Assembly: GCA_035221665.1 (NCBI GenBank)
Contig: CM069145.1
Location: forward strand, 39,308,001 to 39,372,000
Source: Okamejei kenojei
Lineage: Eukaryota
DNA: 64,000 nt
Reading direction: 5' to 3'
The position numbers and the translations under genes were made by a program. Under the pieces are notes generated by a model. That model worked only from the letters and a program-made list of their open reading frames with translations, made no database searches and was not told the origin of the DNA. Positions 50,536 to 62,720 of this stretch are shown here, in pieces (positions within the stretch are counted from its first letter, which is position 1; the number at the start of each line of letters is the position of its first letter).

Positions 50536-50689
50536 GTTTTAGTCATGTAAATAAATGACACTTCATGTAATGAGAAGACTTCAGATCTCCGTGCATTTAT
50601 ATTGTGCCAGTTCACCACCTCATTGCTTCTTTTATCAATGCCGTAGCCCCTTTAGAGCCATATGGCAATGTTGCCTCTTGCGTTACTTT

Positions 50690-51035
50690 TACATTTTTCC
50701 CCTTTCACCTTAAACTAATGTGTTCTGGTTCTTAATTCCTCTATTCTGGGTAAAAAAATGCATTAATCCTATCTATTCCCATCATGATTCTATAAAATCA
50801 TCCCTTAGTCTCCTGCGCTCCAAGGAATAAAATCCTAGCTTTCCCAATCTCTCCCTATAGCGCAGACACTTTACTACTGGTAACATCCTTGTATCTTCTC
50901 TGTACTCTTTCCCAACTTAATAACATCCCTCCTATAACAGGTTGACCAAAACAGAACAATACTCTTAATATGGTCTCGCCAACATCTTGTACAACTGTAA
51001 CACGATGTCCCAACTTCTGTACTCAATACCCTGAC
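50690..51035 (-). mobile_element. CR1 LINE fragment
   Basis: Degenerate minus-strand translation resembles the CR1 C-terminus (VRVLSTEVGTSCYSCTRCWRDH). Confidence 0.75.
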
Positions 51036-54000
51036 TTTATCCTGGAATTGTACAGTTGAACGTTTTCTCTCCAGCTGTGGCACAATATAAAAAGAAAATC
51101 TCTCATTAGTACTACAGACCTTTTTCCCTCAATTTTGATAGGCATGATACAGGTTTTTGGCTGCTTCATGCAACAAGATTTCAAACCCATAATTAAAGTG
51201 ACTGTTGCTAACATCATAGTGAATTAATAAATGTAATAAAGGTGAAAACTATTTATTAACATTAGATGTAACTATTTATGGACATGGTAATCATTAATAT
51301 GATTAGATTGAAGCAGAGACAAAGCTGTAAAACACTTAATGGGAGCTCATAACTTGCCCTCCAAGACTGCAAGTTGTGTGCCTGACTTGCTGGGAGTTCA
51401 TTTTTCAAACTAACAAGCTCTTATCTTGTTTACATTACTCAAAATTGTATCTTATCAGTTACAAAACAAATGCACGTGTGAGTGAAAATGTTGCTGGTAC
51501 AATTTGGGTGATTGTGGAAGAATTGAGTCTAATTAGCGGTATGTTATTGGGTCTAAAGCATTCATGGTTACATAGATATTTAAAATATCAACTTCCTGAA
51601 AGCCTTCAAAAAGTAAAAGATACTGCAGTAGCTGGTTTATACCAAAGATAGACACAAAATACTGGAGTAACTCGGCAGGGCAAGCGGCATCTCTGGCGAA
51701 AATGAATAGGTGACATTTTGGGTCATGACCCTTCAAATTATTTTTTTGTTGATTACCTTTCCAAATCCTTTCCTAGTCTGAAGAAGGGTCCCGACCCAAA
51801 CTGTTGCCCATCCATTTGTCTCCAGAGATGCTGCCTGACCCATTGAGTTACTACAACATTTTGCGTCTACCCTGATAGCCTTTGTATCCCTAGGATAGAT
51901 TTGTGTAGTATGGAGGTGGTGAAGAAATAGTATATTTACGTAACAGAATTACTACTCCGTTGCGCACATCTTTGTCCTTTTCAAAAACCGGAAATCCAGT
52001 ACCAATTTTTGATTGCTTCGTAAATGTTTTGACATTGATCCATTGTCATTTCTGCTGCCCTTCAAACTTGTTTTAAAAATTGTTTACACTTCAATCAGAA
52101 TGTATTTTGTCAAATTCATCCTGTTCTGTTCTCCCACCGAAATCTTTCCCCATGGTCTCCAAATCACTTTTTCTTGATTGTCTTTCCAATTCCTTTGATA
52201 GTCTGAGGAAGGGTCATGACCTGAAACAATATCTGTCCGCTCCCTCCATAAATGCTGCTTGTGCTCCTCCAGAACTTTTTATTTTTTGCTCCTTTTTGCT
52301 CCATATTCCAACATCTACAATCTCCTTGTTTTAAGGGCATTGACTTCCAGATATCTCACAATGCATTTTAAAGTCTTTACATATTCCCATTGTATCTTTT
52401 GCTAATCACAGTAAATCATTGTCCCCTGGTCCTTAGAATGATCTGCTGATAGAAAAAGCTTCTCTATTTTATACCAATTCTGTAGGGTTGGTTGTTAATT
52501 TGTTTTCAAAAAGGGTTGATGAGGCCCATTGTGAACCATTACTGTGACTTAGTCATATTTTGTGGCACTTGATGACTTAAACTTTTTGAATGAATTGGAT
52601 TTGTATAGAATGGTAATTTCATTTCGTAGAATATTGATTTGTCTTTAATGTGTGTGACCCGAGTAATTCTTTTTCCTTTGTTCAAAACAGCGACTGATTA
52701 GCCCGTTGACTATATTTTGATTTTTTTTAAACGGGCAAAACAAGTTAAGTTTTAAAATCAAGTAGCAGCTCAATCAGTGCAAGGTGTTGCAATTAATTGG
52801 TGGTTGATACAATTGCAATCCTTTTGCATTTTCTTGTTAGCAAGTAAAATCAGAAAAGCTTTGTTTAAAACTCTTAACTATGCAAGGATTTATTGACAAC
52901 TTAGTTCGAATGAAATTGCATTCACGGGAAGCCTTTTTTAGAAACCTAAATTTAGGGTGGACTCATTCCAAAGGCTTATCAGAGACTTTCAGTGTAATTT
53001 CCCTTTCAGTGGGAGGATATGGCCTTTCAGACTCTTTTGTTTATAGTGGATTTCCACAGTCATTGTAAACAACAATATTAAAACTTTATTCGTGTTTTTG
53101 TAAGAATTTTGGACTGTAGCCTGTGTAAATGGACTATTTAGAGATGATTGGATTCTGCCTGTGCAGTCTGGTAATCAGGTGCCATTATAGTGCTACAGAG
53201 AGGTCAGATCTAACATCTGCAATTTAAATGATTGGGAAGACAAATTCCACGTTATTCTCATCGTACCTGTTGAAATTACATTATTGTATGTGAAATTGGT
53301 GGTGGCAATTTCTGTTTCTGCTGTTAATACCAACCTAATGTTTTTTGAAGGTGACTTTTCTTCGGAACGGTTTTGAACTATTGACTTTTTGTCCGTTGAT
53401 GCATTTTTGAATGTTTGCAATATTTTAATTTATTGTTCTTGCTGGTTGAGGAAGCAATCTTGGAGGAACTTCCTGCTCTTCAACCCGTATTGGCACTTTT
53501 ATATCTGGGTTGAACAAACACAGCACCGCTGACAATGAAGCATACTCTAGATCTTGCAATGAAATTTTAGCTTGATTCATGTGTTCAAACTGTGAAATGG
53601 AACCTCGCCACTTGAATCAGGTGTCCATCCACCCAGCGATGTACAGCTGATATTTTCATTACTGGAAAGTGTAGTCACCAGACTTAATTAAAAATTAAAA
53701 GAAAGTTCTTCTCTGCAGCTTAATGAAAAGGGAATGTAGTGTAGTTATTCAGCTTTGTGGTTCTGCTCTAATCATACCAGTTGCAACAAGGACTAATTCT
53801 ACGATACGATAGAACTTTATTCATCCCCGGAGGGAAACTGCTTAAGATGCTAGAATCCATACAATTAATACACCTAAATAATTGGGTAGCCAGCACTTTG
53901 CAACTTTGTGGGTTACATCCAGGTTGAAGGCTGATTCACCAACATAAAATTAAAAACAGAAATGCTGGTAACACTTAGCAAATCAGGCAGCATCCATGGA

Positions 54001-57000
54001 AAGAGATATAGAGCCAATATTTCAGAGCAATTACCAGAACTGGGAAAGAGAAAGCAAGTTAGTTTTAAATTTCAGAGTGTGGGGAAGGGATGGATGGGAT
54101 AAAAATAATATCTGATGTGAGGCTAGGATTGTCAAGGTTTATAAGGTCATCTGGCTAATAGATTAATGAGGGCATTGGGGAAAAAACAAAGAAACATTAT
54201 GGAAGCTGTGAAATTTGAGTCAGAACTTTAAAGTCTGAGACCAAAACACTCGGTAGAGAGCATTGTTGTGCATAGAGAGGAGAGCTGACAATCTTACAGA
54301 TGGACAGTTTGCCGCAAAACTGGGAATTTCTGATTCATCTGAAAAAGTTAGTTATCTGAAATGGACATTGAGACCCAGGATGTAATGCTCTTAGATGGGA
54401 GATGAGGCATGTTCCTCAAATATGCTTTGTTTCATTGGAACGGTGCAACAGTAGGTATAGGATGGAGAATTCAAATGTCTGGCCACTAAAAATTAAGGGG
54501 CACCCTTGGGGAATCTGCAACTTAAACATTGTCTGGACTGAACAATAGACTAGATAGGCCTTACTTAGACTTGTGGGTAATTAAGTCTTCCTTTTGCCTC
54601 GGGAAGATCAAAACCAGTTGTAATGTAGGTGCTATGCAGATTTGTCTGAATGAATGCTGTTCAGAAACAATGTTATGAATATTGTTCATTCCCCATTGTG
54701 GTTCTGAGGCTACCTGCTGCTTATATTTGTCAGACTGAATTAAGCCAAAGTACAGCGTTTGAAATGTAACAATTCTTGTACAGATGAACTGCTTCAGTTA
54801 GAAAACTTCAGCAACATGTATTGAAATGAGTGTCTATTGTTTTGATGGTTTTAATCAGTGCAGGTAAAATTCCACTACTGTCTGGGAAATATTCACCTGA
54901 AATGTTACCTGTAAAGGAAGCCCCTCCAGGTATGGTAACACAATCGTCTTGACTAAACAACAACTGCTTTTGCCAGAACCAATATCATCTTGTAAACTTA
55001 ATGTGAAGGCACATTAGTAAATATTACTGGGTATAACCATATAACCATATAACAATTACAGCACGGAAACAGGCCCTCTCGGCCCTTCCAGTCCGTGCCG
55101 ACCATTTGTTCTCCCCTAGTCCCATCTACCCATACCTGAGTGCTCTTGTACCTATTTTCTGTAATCAAGCCTTTTGGATTGAAAGGGGTTTTCCTTAAGT
55201 TGTGTGAAATGAGAACCAAAAGTTGACTTAAGTGTGAGACAGAGCTACTGATAAAGGTCCAATTTTGGTAGCTGGATAACAGTTTTGTTTAAACTGGTAA
55301 AATTGCATTGTTTTCTCTGTGGGAAAGCGAAGCTTGTAAGATACCTATTTAAAAAATATATAGAATATGTTTTGATGCTTTCTATCATATTTTCCGCGAA
55401 TGTGATCTTCTCTTTGCCCTTTTATCAAAGTATCTTGTGCTTGCAAACCAGAGGCAAATACTGTTTTATGAAATTTTCTAATTAAAAATATCTGGTAACT
55501 TGAAGATTTGAAAGCTGTGAGCAAGAGGGACAATATAACGTGAAGAAACTGCAAGTAATGCATAACTGCAAGTTTTAATTAATATTATTTGCATACTGTT
55601 TCAAACCTCAGTTGGGAAAATATGAGTACCAGTGATCTGTAGTGCAAAATGAGTCTCTTACTTTCTCTACTGTAAGAGTTCCAGGAAAGGATGGTGTTGG
55701 CAGGAAGTGAAGCTGGGTTAATTAAAATATATATTATCAGTATGATTGTTTACATTACTAAATAATGGTTTGAGTGCTTGTATGTAAAGTAACTTTAAGG
55801 ATATTCCTGCAAAAATGTCTTGGCATTTTGAATCTAACAAAAGCCTTGACATTCAGTGGCAAATCCATCATTCTTCTCTCGCCCTCCTTCTTCAATGAAC
55901 TCTTTTGGGGGATGGTATTGGGATTTTGTGTAAAAATGTAATCACCATTAATATGTAGTTCAAATGAGTTGAATGCAAGAGCAGGTTTAAATAACTCTTT
56001 ACTCCCCAAGTCCTTCCACTATCTTCAAGGCACAAGTCGGGGGAATGATAAACTATTCCCCACTTGCTTTGACGCCATCCCGGACATAAACTGCTTTATT
56101 GGGATCCTCCTCTCTACCCTAAACATTGACTGCTCCTTTTTCCTCTACCACTGATCCATTACAGCCTTAAGGCCTCTTACCTCAGTGAGTATATAGTGGC
56201 CAGAGGATTTAGTTGAGGCAGGTACTATAACATTTAAAAGACAGTTGGACATGCATGGGTAGGAAATGTTTAGAGAGATATGGGCAATGCAGGCCGGAGA
56301 AACTCATGTAGGCCTGTTTCTGTGCTGTATGGCTATATGCCGATTGTCAAAATGAAATTTGTAACAAATCTATTATTGTACATATTGTTTGGTGTAGTGA
56401 ACACATGCAATGGGAATACATTAAACCTCATGTCTCATTTTGTAATGGTAGCTTTTGCAGATTAGCACTAGAGAAAGCAAATTTTCAAGGAACAGCAATT
56501 GCTGCCTGGTTCACATATGGAAAATAGCCTTTCAGTTCGGGTAAGAATTGGGAGAAATTCAGGTTTGTTTGTGAACTAAGGAGGTGTCAACTGACAGTTG
56601 TACTATACACACTTGGCTCCAAACATATGGAAGTACAGCACTTGTTTGGCATTGTTTTTTTTAATTTCAAAATATACTTTATTCAAATGATAAATATATA
56701 CAATACATTAACCTTGCGGAAAATCCATCCGACATTTTCGGAGGCTGTACAATAGATCAATACAGTTTAGACATTTCTTTCCCCCAAATTTCCACAAATC
56801 AGTCCCCCACTCGATTGTTGATCAGTGACTCTTTTCTCCACCTAGTGCCTGGAAATAAATGACAGTCAGGGTTGGAAAAAATTTGTACTCTTTGAATCCA
56901 TTGTAGCAGGCTGATGTTTTTTGGAGATTCATTAGGGCTAGTAGCTATCTCTTTGAATACCTGAAACAAACAGTTTGGGATAATACTGGATTTCTAACTT

Positions 57001-57824
57001 GCTGTACATTTGCATGACATAAATATCACAGCACTGATTAGCCACTTGCTACCAGCTGGGCCTTACTCTGACTCCAACTAAGTGAACTGCTCTGGTTTAA
57101 TCAAAACTGGATTTTTACATGTGATCACAGGTTACTATGTAAATCACAAAATCTCAGGGATGGTAGACATCTTCTATATGTGTTAAATCTATCATTTGAA
57201 ATATTGTCATTAGAAAGACGAGCTGGCTTAATTAAATTGCGAAAATATGGAAGTTTAAGTGTAGTTTTTGTAATGTTTGCTTTGAATTGAGTTACTGTAT
57301 TAAATGATTTTCAATTAACAGGCTTTTTCAACCCTTGAGTTGGAGTGGGGGAACGAAAAAATAGACTTTTTTGAAGTTTTTAAGAAGGCTCTCGTTGAAA
57401 AACTCATTTGAAGAGATGATCTGTAAATGTATTTTAGTTTGTGAATTATGTCACTTGTTTTTAAAACATGTTTATTTTTTTGTGGTTGGGAGTGATGAAA
57501 GGAAAATCTGCAGGTGAGATTTAAAACCAAACTAATGCGGATGAGCTTGGGTATCTTAGTAATTGGTTGAACAGAATCCAGATAGTGAATAGGCTTTAAA
57601 AAAAAGTCAAATTCTCTTCCTGAAAAGCCTGTAGATTTTGATACAAATAATTCTCCCAGCTTTGAATTCTGTTCATTGACTAGATATAGTGTGATGGACG
57701 TACCTCATCAAGATGACCTATTGGTCAATTATGATTTTGTGTAAATTCCACTGACGAGGTGTTGCTGCAACCCACAAGTGTTTTTGTACTTGCTTTAAAT
57801 AGCTTTCCTGTTCTTTGATTTCAG

Positions 57825-58053
57825 ACCCGAATGCAGAGCCTACAGCCAGACCCTGCTGCCCGATACAGGAATGTAATGGATGCTTTGAAGAGGATTGTCC
57901 GTACTGAAGGTTTTTGGAGGCCAATGAGAGGATTAAATGTGACTGCCACTGGTGCCGGGCCAGCACATGCCCTCTATTTTGCCTGCTATGAAAAGATTAA
58001 AAAGACATTGAGTGATACCATCCATCCGGGTGGTAATAGTCACATAGCTAATG
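57825..58053 (+). CDS. SLC25A28: Mitoferrin-2, coding exon 2 (229 nt)
   Basis: Acceptor ttctttgatttcag|ACC. Encodes [77 protein letters not shown], which fits SLC25A28 ([18 protein letters not shown]) better than SLC25A37. Donor G|gtatta. In frame with exon 1. Confidence 0.97.
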
Positions 58054-59582
58054 GTATTAATTACTTCAGTGATTCTTCCTCGATTTCACCCTTGTACCTC
58101 ATCTTCCCATTTGTTGCTTTCATGTAATCTTTTAATGCTCTGTACAGGTACCTTGACCAGAATGTTCACCTAATGCTGAAAACTGCTTGTGCTGTCCTGG
58201 TTTTAAAATCTACTAATCTGCCTTCCTGTAAGCATGTTGGTCTTTTCCTAGCCTTGACTTTTTTTTCCATTCATTGCTGTGATGCAACTTAGTTTTGCTC
58301 TCTGTGTTTTTACCTAGAAAACAGATGATAGGACCTAATGGGGACCTAACGCAACTAAATAAAGCACTTGCAGCAATGATGAGGTTGTGGGATACTAAAC
58401 ATGGGAAGAATGGCTGTTCTTTTAAAACACTCACTTTTTTTTTACGCTAACTCCATGTTTCTGGAAGATCTAAATCTTTTTGCATGTTTTTGATTTGTGT
58501 TGGATATAAATAACATTTAATTCAATTTATTAAGTAGAAGTAAAAAAGCCTGATGGGCCGGAGTAGATTAACTGGGCCGAATGGCTTAATACGGCTCTTG
58601 TAACTTTTGGATATGCACTGGACATCTATTGCCTGACAATGGCTTGAAGAAACCTGTGTGAATTTATTTTGCACTGACATCCAAAAGTGTTTTTTTCAAG
58701 TACACAGTGATATTGAACTTGAAGCTACTTAAATGGTTGAGGCATTCAGCATAGATATAATGAAGGAGAGGAATTATAAGTGTGTGTTAGAGAAAGAGTA
58801 GAAATATTTATTGGGCAAGATGGAGGTTGCTAGGCAATTTCTGTGGAGCATAACCATTGCCGTAGATCTGTTTAGTGAAAAGGCGTGTTTCTGTGCTGAA
58901 AATTTCATTCAAGTTGGCTTAATTGCAATTGACGATATTGTAGTTAAAAATCTCTGCATCTCGAGTTAATGTGCAGTATATGTGTGGCATAGCAATTACA
59001 TTACTGGGCTAGAGCTCTGGATTAATGCATCCAGGTTCACAGTGATAGATTTGACTCTTGGCTGCTCATTGAAGTTGCTTGACACACTCTCAGGTATACC
59101 TAATCCTTGTTAGGGATTTACTTCAAATTTAAACAAATGCTTTCCAAGGTAGGACATTTTCAGAAAATCAAAATTACCTTGTAAATATATACTGAAAATT
59201 TCAACTGAAGAGGTTGAATTTGTAGATTTTAAATGTCAATTTCTGGATTTTTAAGTTTGATAATACTTTTTTGAAGAAAAAATTGGCACTGAACTTTGAA
59301 TGGAAGTTTAATAACAAATTTTACACAAGATTGCTGTATGCTCCTTCCGTTCCACTCTGAAGGTGGTGTTTTATGATGCATAGCTGTTTCACAACTGTCT
59401 AAACCACCGTTGTTTAATTCCACAGTTATCATTTCACTAAATATGGTTAGCTATGAGTTGACGTCTCATTGTCGTACTATTATTTGCCAATGCTTTTAAC
59501 TGAAGTTTCAAAAATACAAATTACTTTGATCTTCAATTAAACTTTTCTTAATGTGTGGTGTGCAATCAGTCTGCAGATACTT

Positions 59583-59814
59583 GGGCGGTCACAGTGGCAC
59601 AGCGGTAGAGTTGCTGCCTTACAGAAAAATGCAGCGCCAGAGACCCGGGTTCGATCCCGACTACGGGTGCTGTCTGTATGGAGTTTGTACGTTATCCCCG
59701 TGATCTGCGTGGGTTTTCTCCGAGATCTTCGGTTTCCTCCCACACTCCAAAAGACGTACAGGTTTGTAGGTTAATTGGCTTGATTAATTGGCTTGATAAA
59801 AATGTAAAATTGTC
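59583..59814 (+). mobile_element. V-domain SINE (3'-truncated) in intron 2
   Basis: gggcggtcacagtggcacagcggtagag...gggttcgatccc head and central domain. Confidence 0.9.
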
Positions 59815-62060
59815 CAAGTTGGCGATATGCAGAGTACTGCCCTGCCAACTACAAAATTCAGAAGGTACTTGTTAAGCTTCTCCCTCTCTCACTTCAGTTG
59901 TTTTTGTTGTTACTCTTTATTTCCTGGTTGTCCCTTTTTGAAAGTTGGAGCCAGACCTGCAGATTATTTTGTGCTGTGCTCCATCTAGTGGTACTTCCTC
60001 CCAGAGAATTTTGACCTTTTTATATTGTTTCAACTTGTATCTGTGTCTGCCACTTAGTGTGGTTCTGAGATTTTATTTGACAACATTAATTCATCTGGCT
60101 ATCTGCCTAGTGTATTTAGATGATCTTCCCCTGTATCATTTGGGTATGTGCAATGTTTTGCTCTCCTTTTAGCAATACTCAATCGTAGCATAGTAGAGTG
60201 CAGGAGTTTCACATTTTAACAACATTGGTGGGTGCCAGATTGCTTAACAAAGCTTATTGAATGTAAAACATGTCCAAAGGATAATGTTTTCTCCTGATAT
60301 AACTTTCTAATATGCAATCTAGTTGACTTTAATTTTCATTTTTTCCCCTTAAAATATCAGATTCCTAACTGTGCATTCCTGACTGAGGTGGAGCTATTAA
60401 TTCCAGTAATGAATTTACAATACCCAGGAACGTTTTAATCTTGCAACTCGAAGCTTATGTAACCCTGTTTTGCATTAATACATGGTACTTGCTTACATGC
60501 TGGCAACCACAGTTGTGATATTTTCAGTTTAGCTGTTGTTTATCTTCCAATCCTTCCTCCTAGTCCCTGTTTCATTTTGCAGGTTGCGAATCTTGGTAAG
60601 TAAAATATTGGTATGTCTTTGCCTTGCCTGTGTTTTCAAAATTGTGATCTGGTATTTTAATTGAACACTTTTCTCAGAAATGCTACATTGAAGGATTTTA
60701 AATAGGTGTTTGAATTTGCCAGTTCAACTTGTGACATAATCCTGTCATTATTTTGCTACACATTGTAAAAAGAAACTATTGATTCAATGTATGGAGTTTT
60801 TTACTTAATGAGCCAGTAATTTCTTTTGGATCGGTGTATTCCATGGTCGCTGAATTATTAACTCATTTGAATTCCTTGTGATGCATTTGTGAAGTGGGAA
60901 CTGTAGGTTGGCAGAGTTTGCTGTAATTGAAACCCATTAACAAGTGTTGGAGTTTGAATCATCTGGGTTAGCATTTTTCTTCTTCAGAGATAGATTCTAA
61001 CTTTGAAAAGTGTAGTGCATTGCCACATTAATTTTGAATATTACACTGCAAATCCAAACACAAAATACTAAATCATTTAAACCATAGCCCAGATGTTTTT
61101 TACTTTTATCTCAATACTTCATTCTGTGAGTCATCTTGGGTCCTGGGTATAATCTCACCACGTGGTTATTTTTCATATGCAAGATAAGCCATATCCAGTC
61201 ACGTGCACATGCATTTTCTGTTATTATTAAATTGTTGAAAACATTAGCGATGCAGTGGTGCTAGTTTCTGATGGGCACGGTGACGGACGCACCATACATC
61301 GCTGTCCTCCATGCTGCTGGTGCACATTCACAACAAGTATTTTGGTAAAGATGGAGTTCATTCTCATCTCTTTCATGCAACCATACCCAACCCTCACCCT
61401 ATCATCCCTCCTTGGGTGAAAACAGCTGACTTGCTTAGCTAAGTGATCAAATGTGATGCCCTCCTGGTTTTTAAATCTTCGGTTTGGACGTAACTGCACG
61501 TAGTCCTCAAACAACTAAACTTGCTGGTCTGCGTGGAACCAGAGTTCCAGTTGATTTGGTTGGTAGGATGAATGTTTTTCCCCTTTTTTCTCAGCAGGCC
61601 ATGCTACAGAATGTAGGCACAGTATCTTGGGAGAAGAAATAAATTGCCATTAGCTTGCCTGAATTGCTCCTCCTGTTGATGTGTTTGGCAGTGACAATAG
61701 CATGTGTGAAGGGCAACAAAAATATAAACGAGTCAAATACTCAAAATGATTGAGTTTCCTGAGCCATTCAGTAGATGTAATGGCAACTATGACTTTTACC
61801 CAGTTTTCTTGGCTTTCATTCACCCATTTTACTCAATCAAGATGTATGAGGAACAAATGTGAAACAATACGGCCCATCTATTAAAGTAGTATCGATTCCT
61901 TGGGCTATCCGCGCAGGGCTCTGAATGTTCTGCTCTTGGGCTCCTTGCAGTTCATGCTGTTATAGATATTTTCATATTTTTGGGGATACAATTTCCTCTA
62001 GCAATGTTGATAGCTATGTGTGATTCTGACCTTTATTCATGAGTAGAGTTTCTTTTACAG

Positions 62061-62117
62061 GTGCAGCAGGATGTGTGGCGACTTTATTTCATGATGCAGC
62101 TATGAACCCTGCTGAAG
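62061..62117 (+). CDS. SLC25A28: Mitoferrin-2, coding exon 3 (57 nt); gene continues past the window end
   Basis: Acceptor tttcttttacag|GT, donor GAAG|gtaatg. Encodes (G)AAGCVATLFHDAAMNPAE in phase with exon 2. Too short to appear in the ORF track. Confidence 0.95.
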
Positions 62118-62524
62118 GTAATGTTGACAGTATTAAGAATTTAACTGCAAATGTTGCCCTTATTGTTTTTTACCTAAATGTATAAATACAGATTCAAATC
62201 AGATGCCTGTGTGATTGCATTGTTTTGATAAGTATAAAATGGTTCAGAGGTTTCTGGGTCTTTACAACATTTCTGGACTGTTCTTGCTGTTTCCATTTGG
62301 AGCTCTTTTTGTTCTATATTTTCCTTAAAGCTTTTGTCATCTGTTGACCCAGTAGTACTGGACTGTTTAAGCTGTTGTTTACCGATGAAACATTGAACCA
62401 AATGGCACTCCTCAATGAAAATGGGTTATCCAAATATGCTGGATGTAATTGTTACCCCTCTGCTAATATTCGTAAAGTGAATGACCTAGTCATTGCCGCA
62501 TTATTGTTGCAGCAATGTAATCAT

Positions 62525-62720
62525 AGACATAGACATAGAAAATAGGCGCAGGAGTAGGCCATTCAGCCCTTCAAGCCAGCACCTCCATTCAATATGATCA
62601 TGGCTGATTGTCTGCTATCAATAACCCATGTCTGCCTTCTTCCCATATCCCTTGACTCCAGTAGCCCCTAGAGCTCTATCCAACTCTCTCTTAAATCCAT
62701 CCAGTGATTTGGCCTCCATT
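62525..62720 (-). mobile_element. CR1 LINE 3' end
   Basis: catagacatagacatagaaaataggcgcaggagtaggccattc is the reverse complement of the tail and 3' hairpin. Confidence 0.85.

Noticed and set aside
59583-59660. tRNA-like sequences with A/B boxes (also 5228, 7883, 16095)
   Set aside because: These are SINE heads continuing into the central domain and tail, not tRNA genes.
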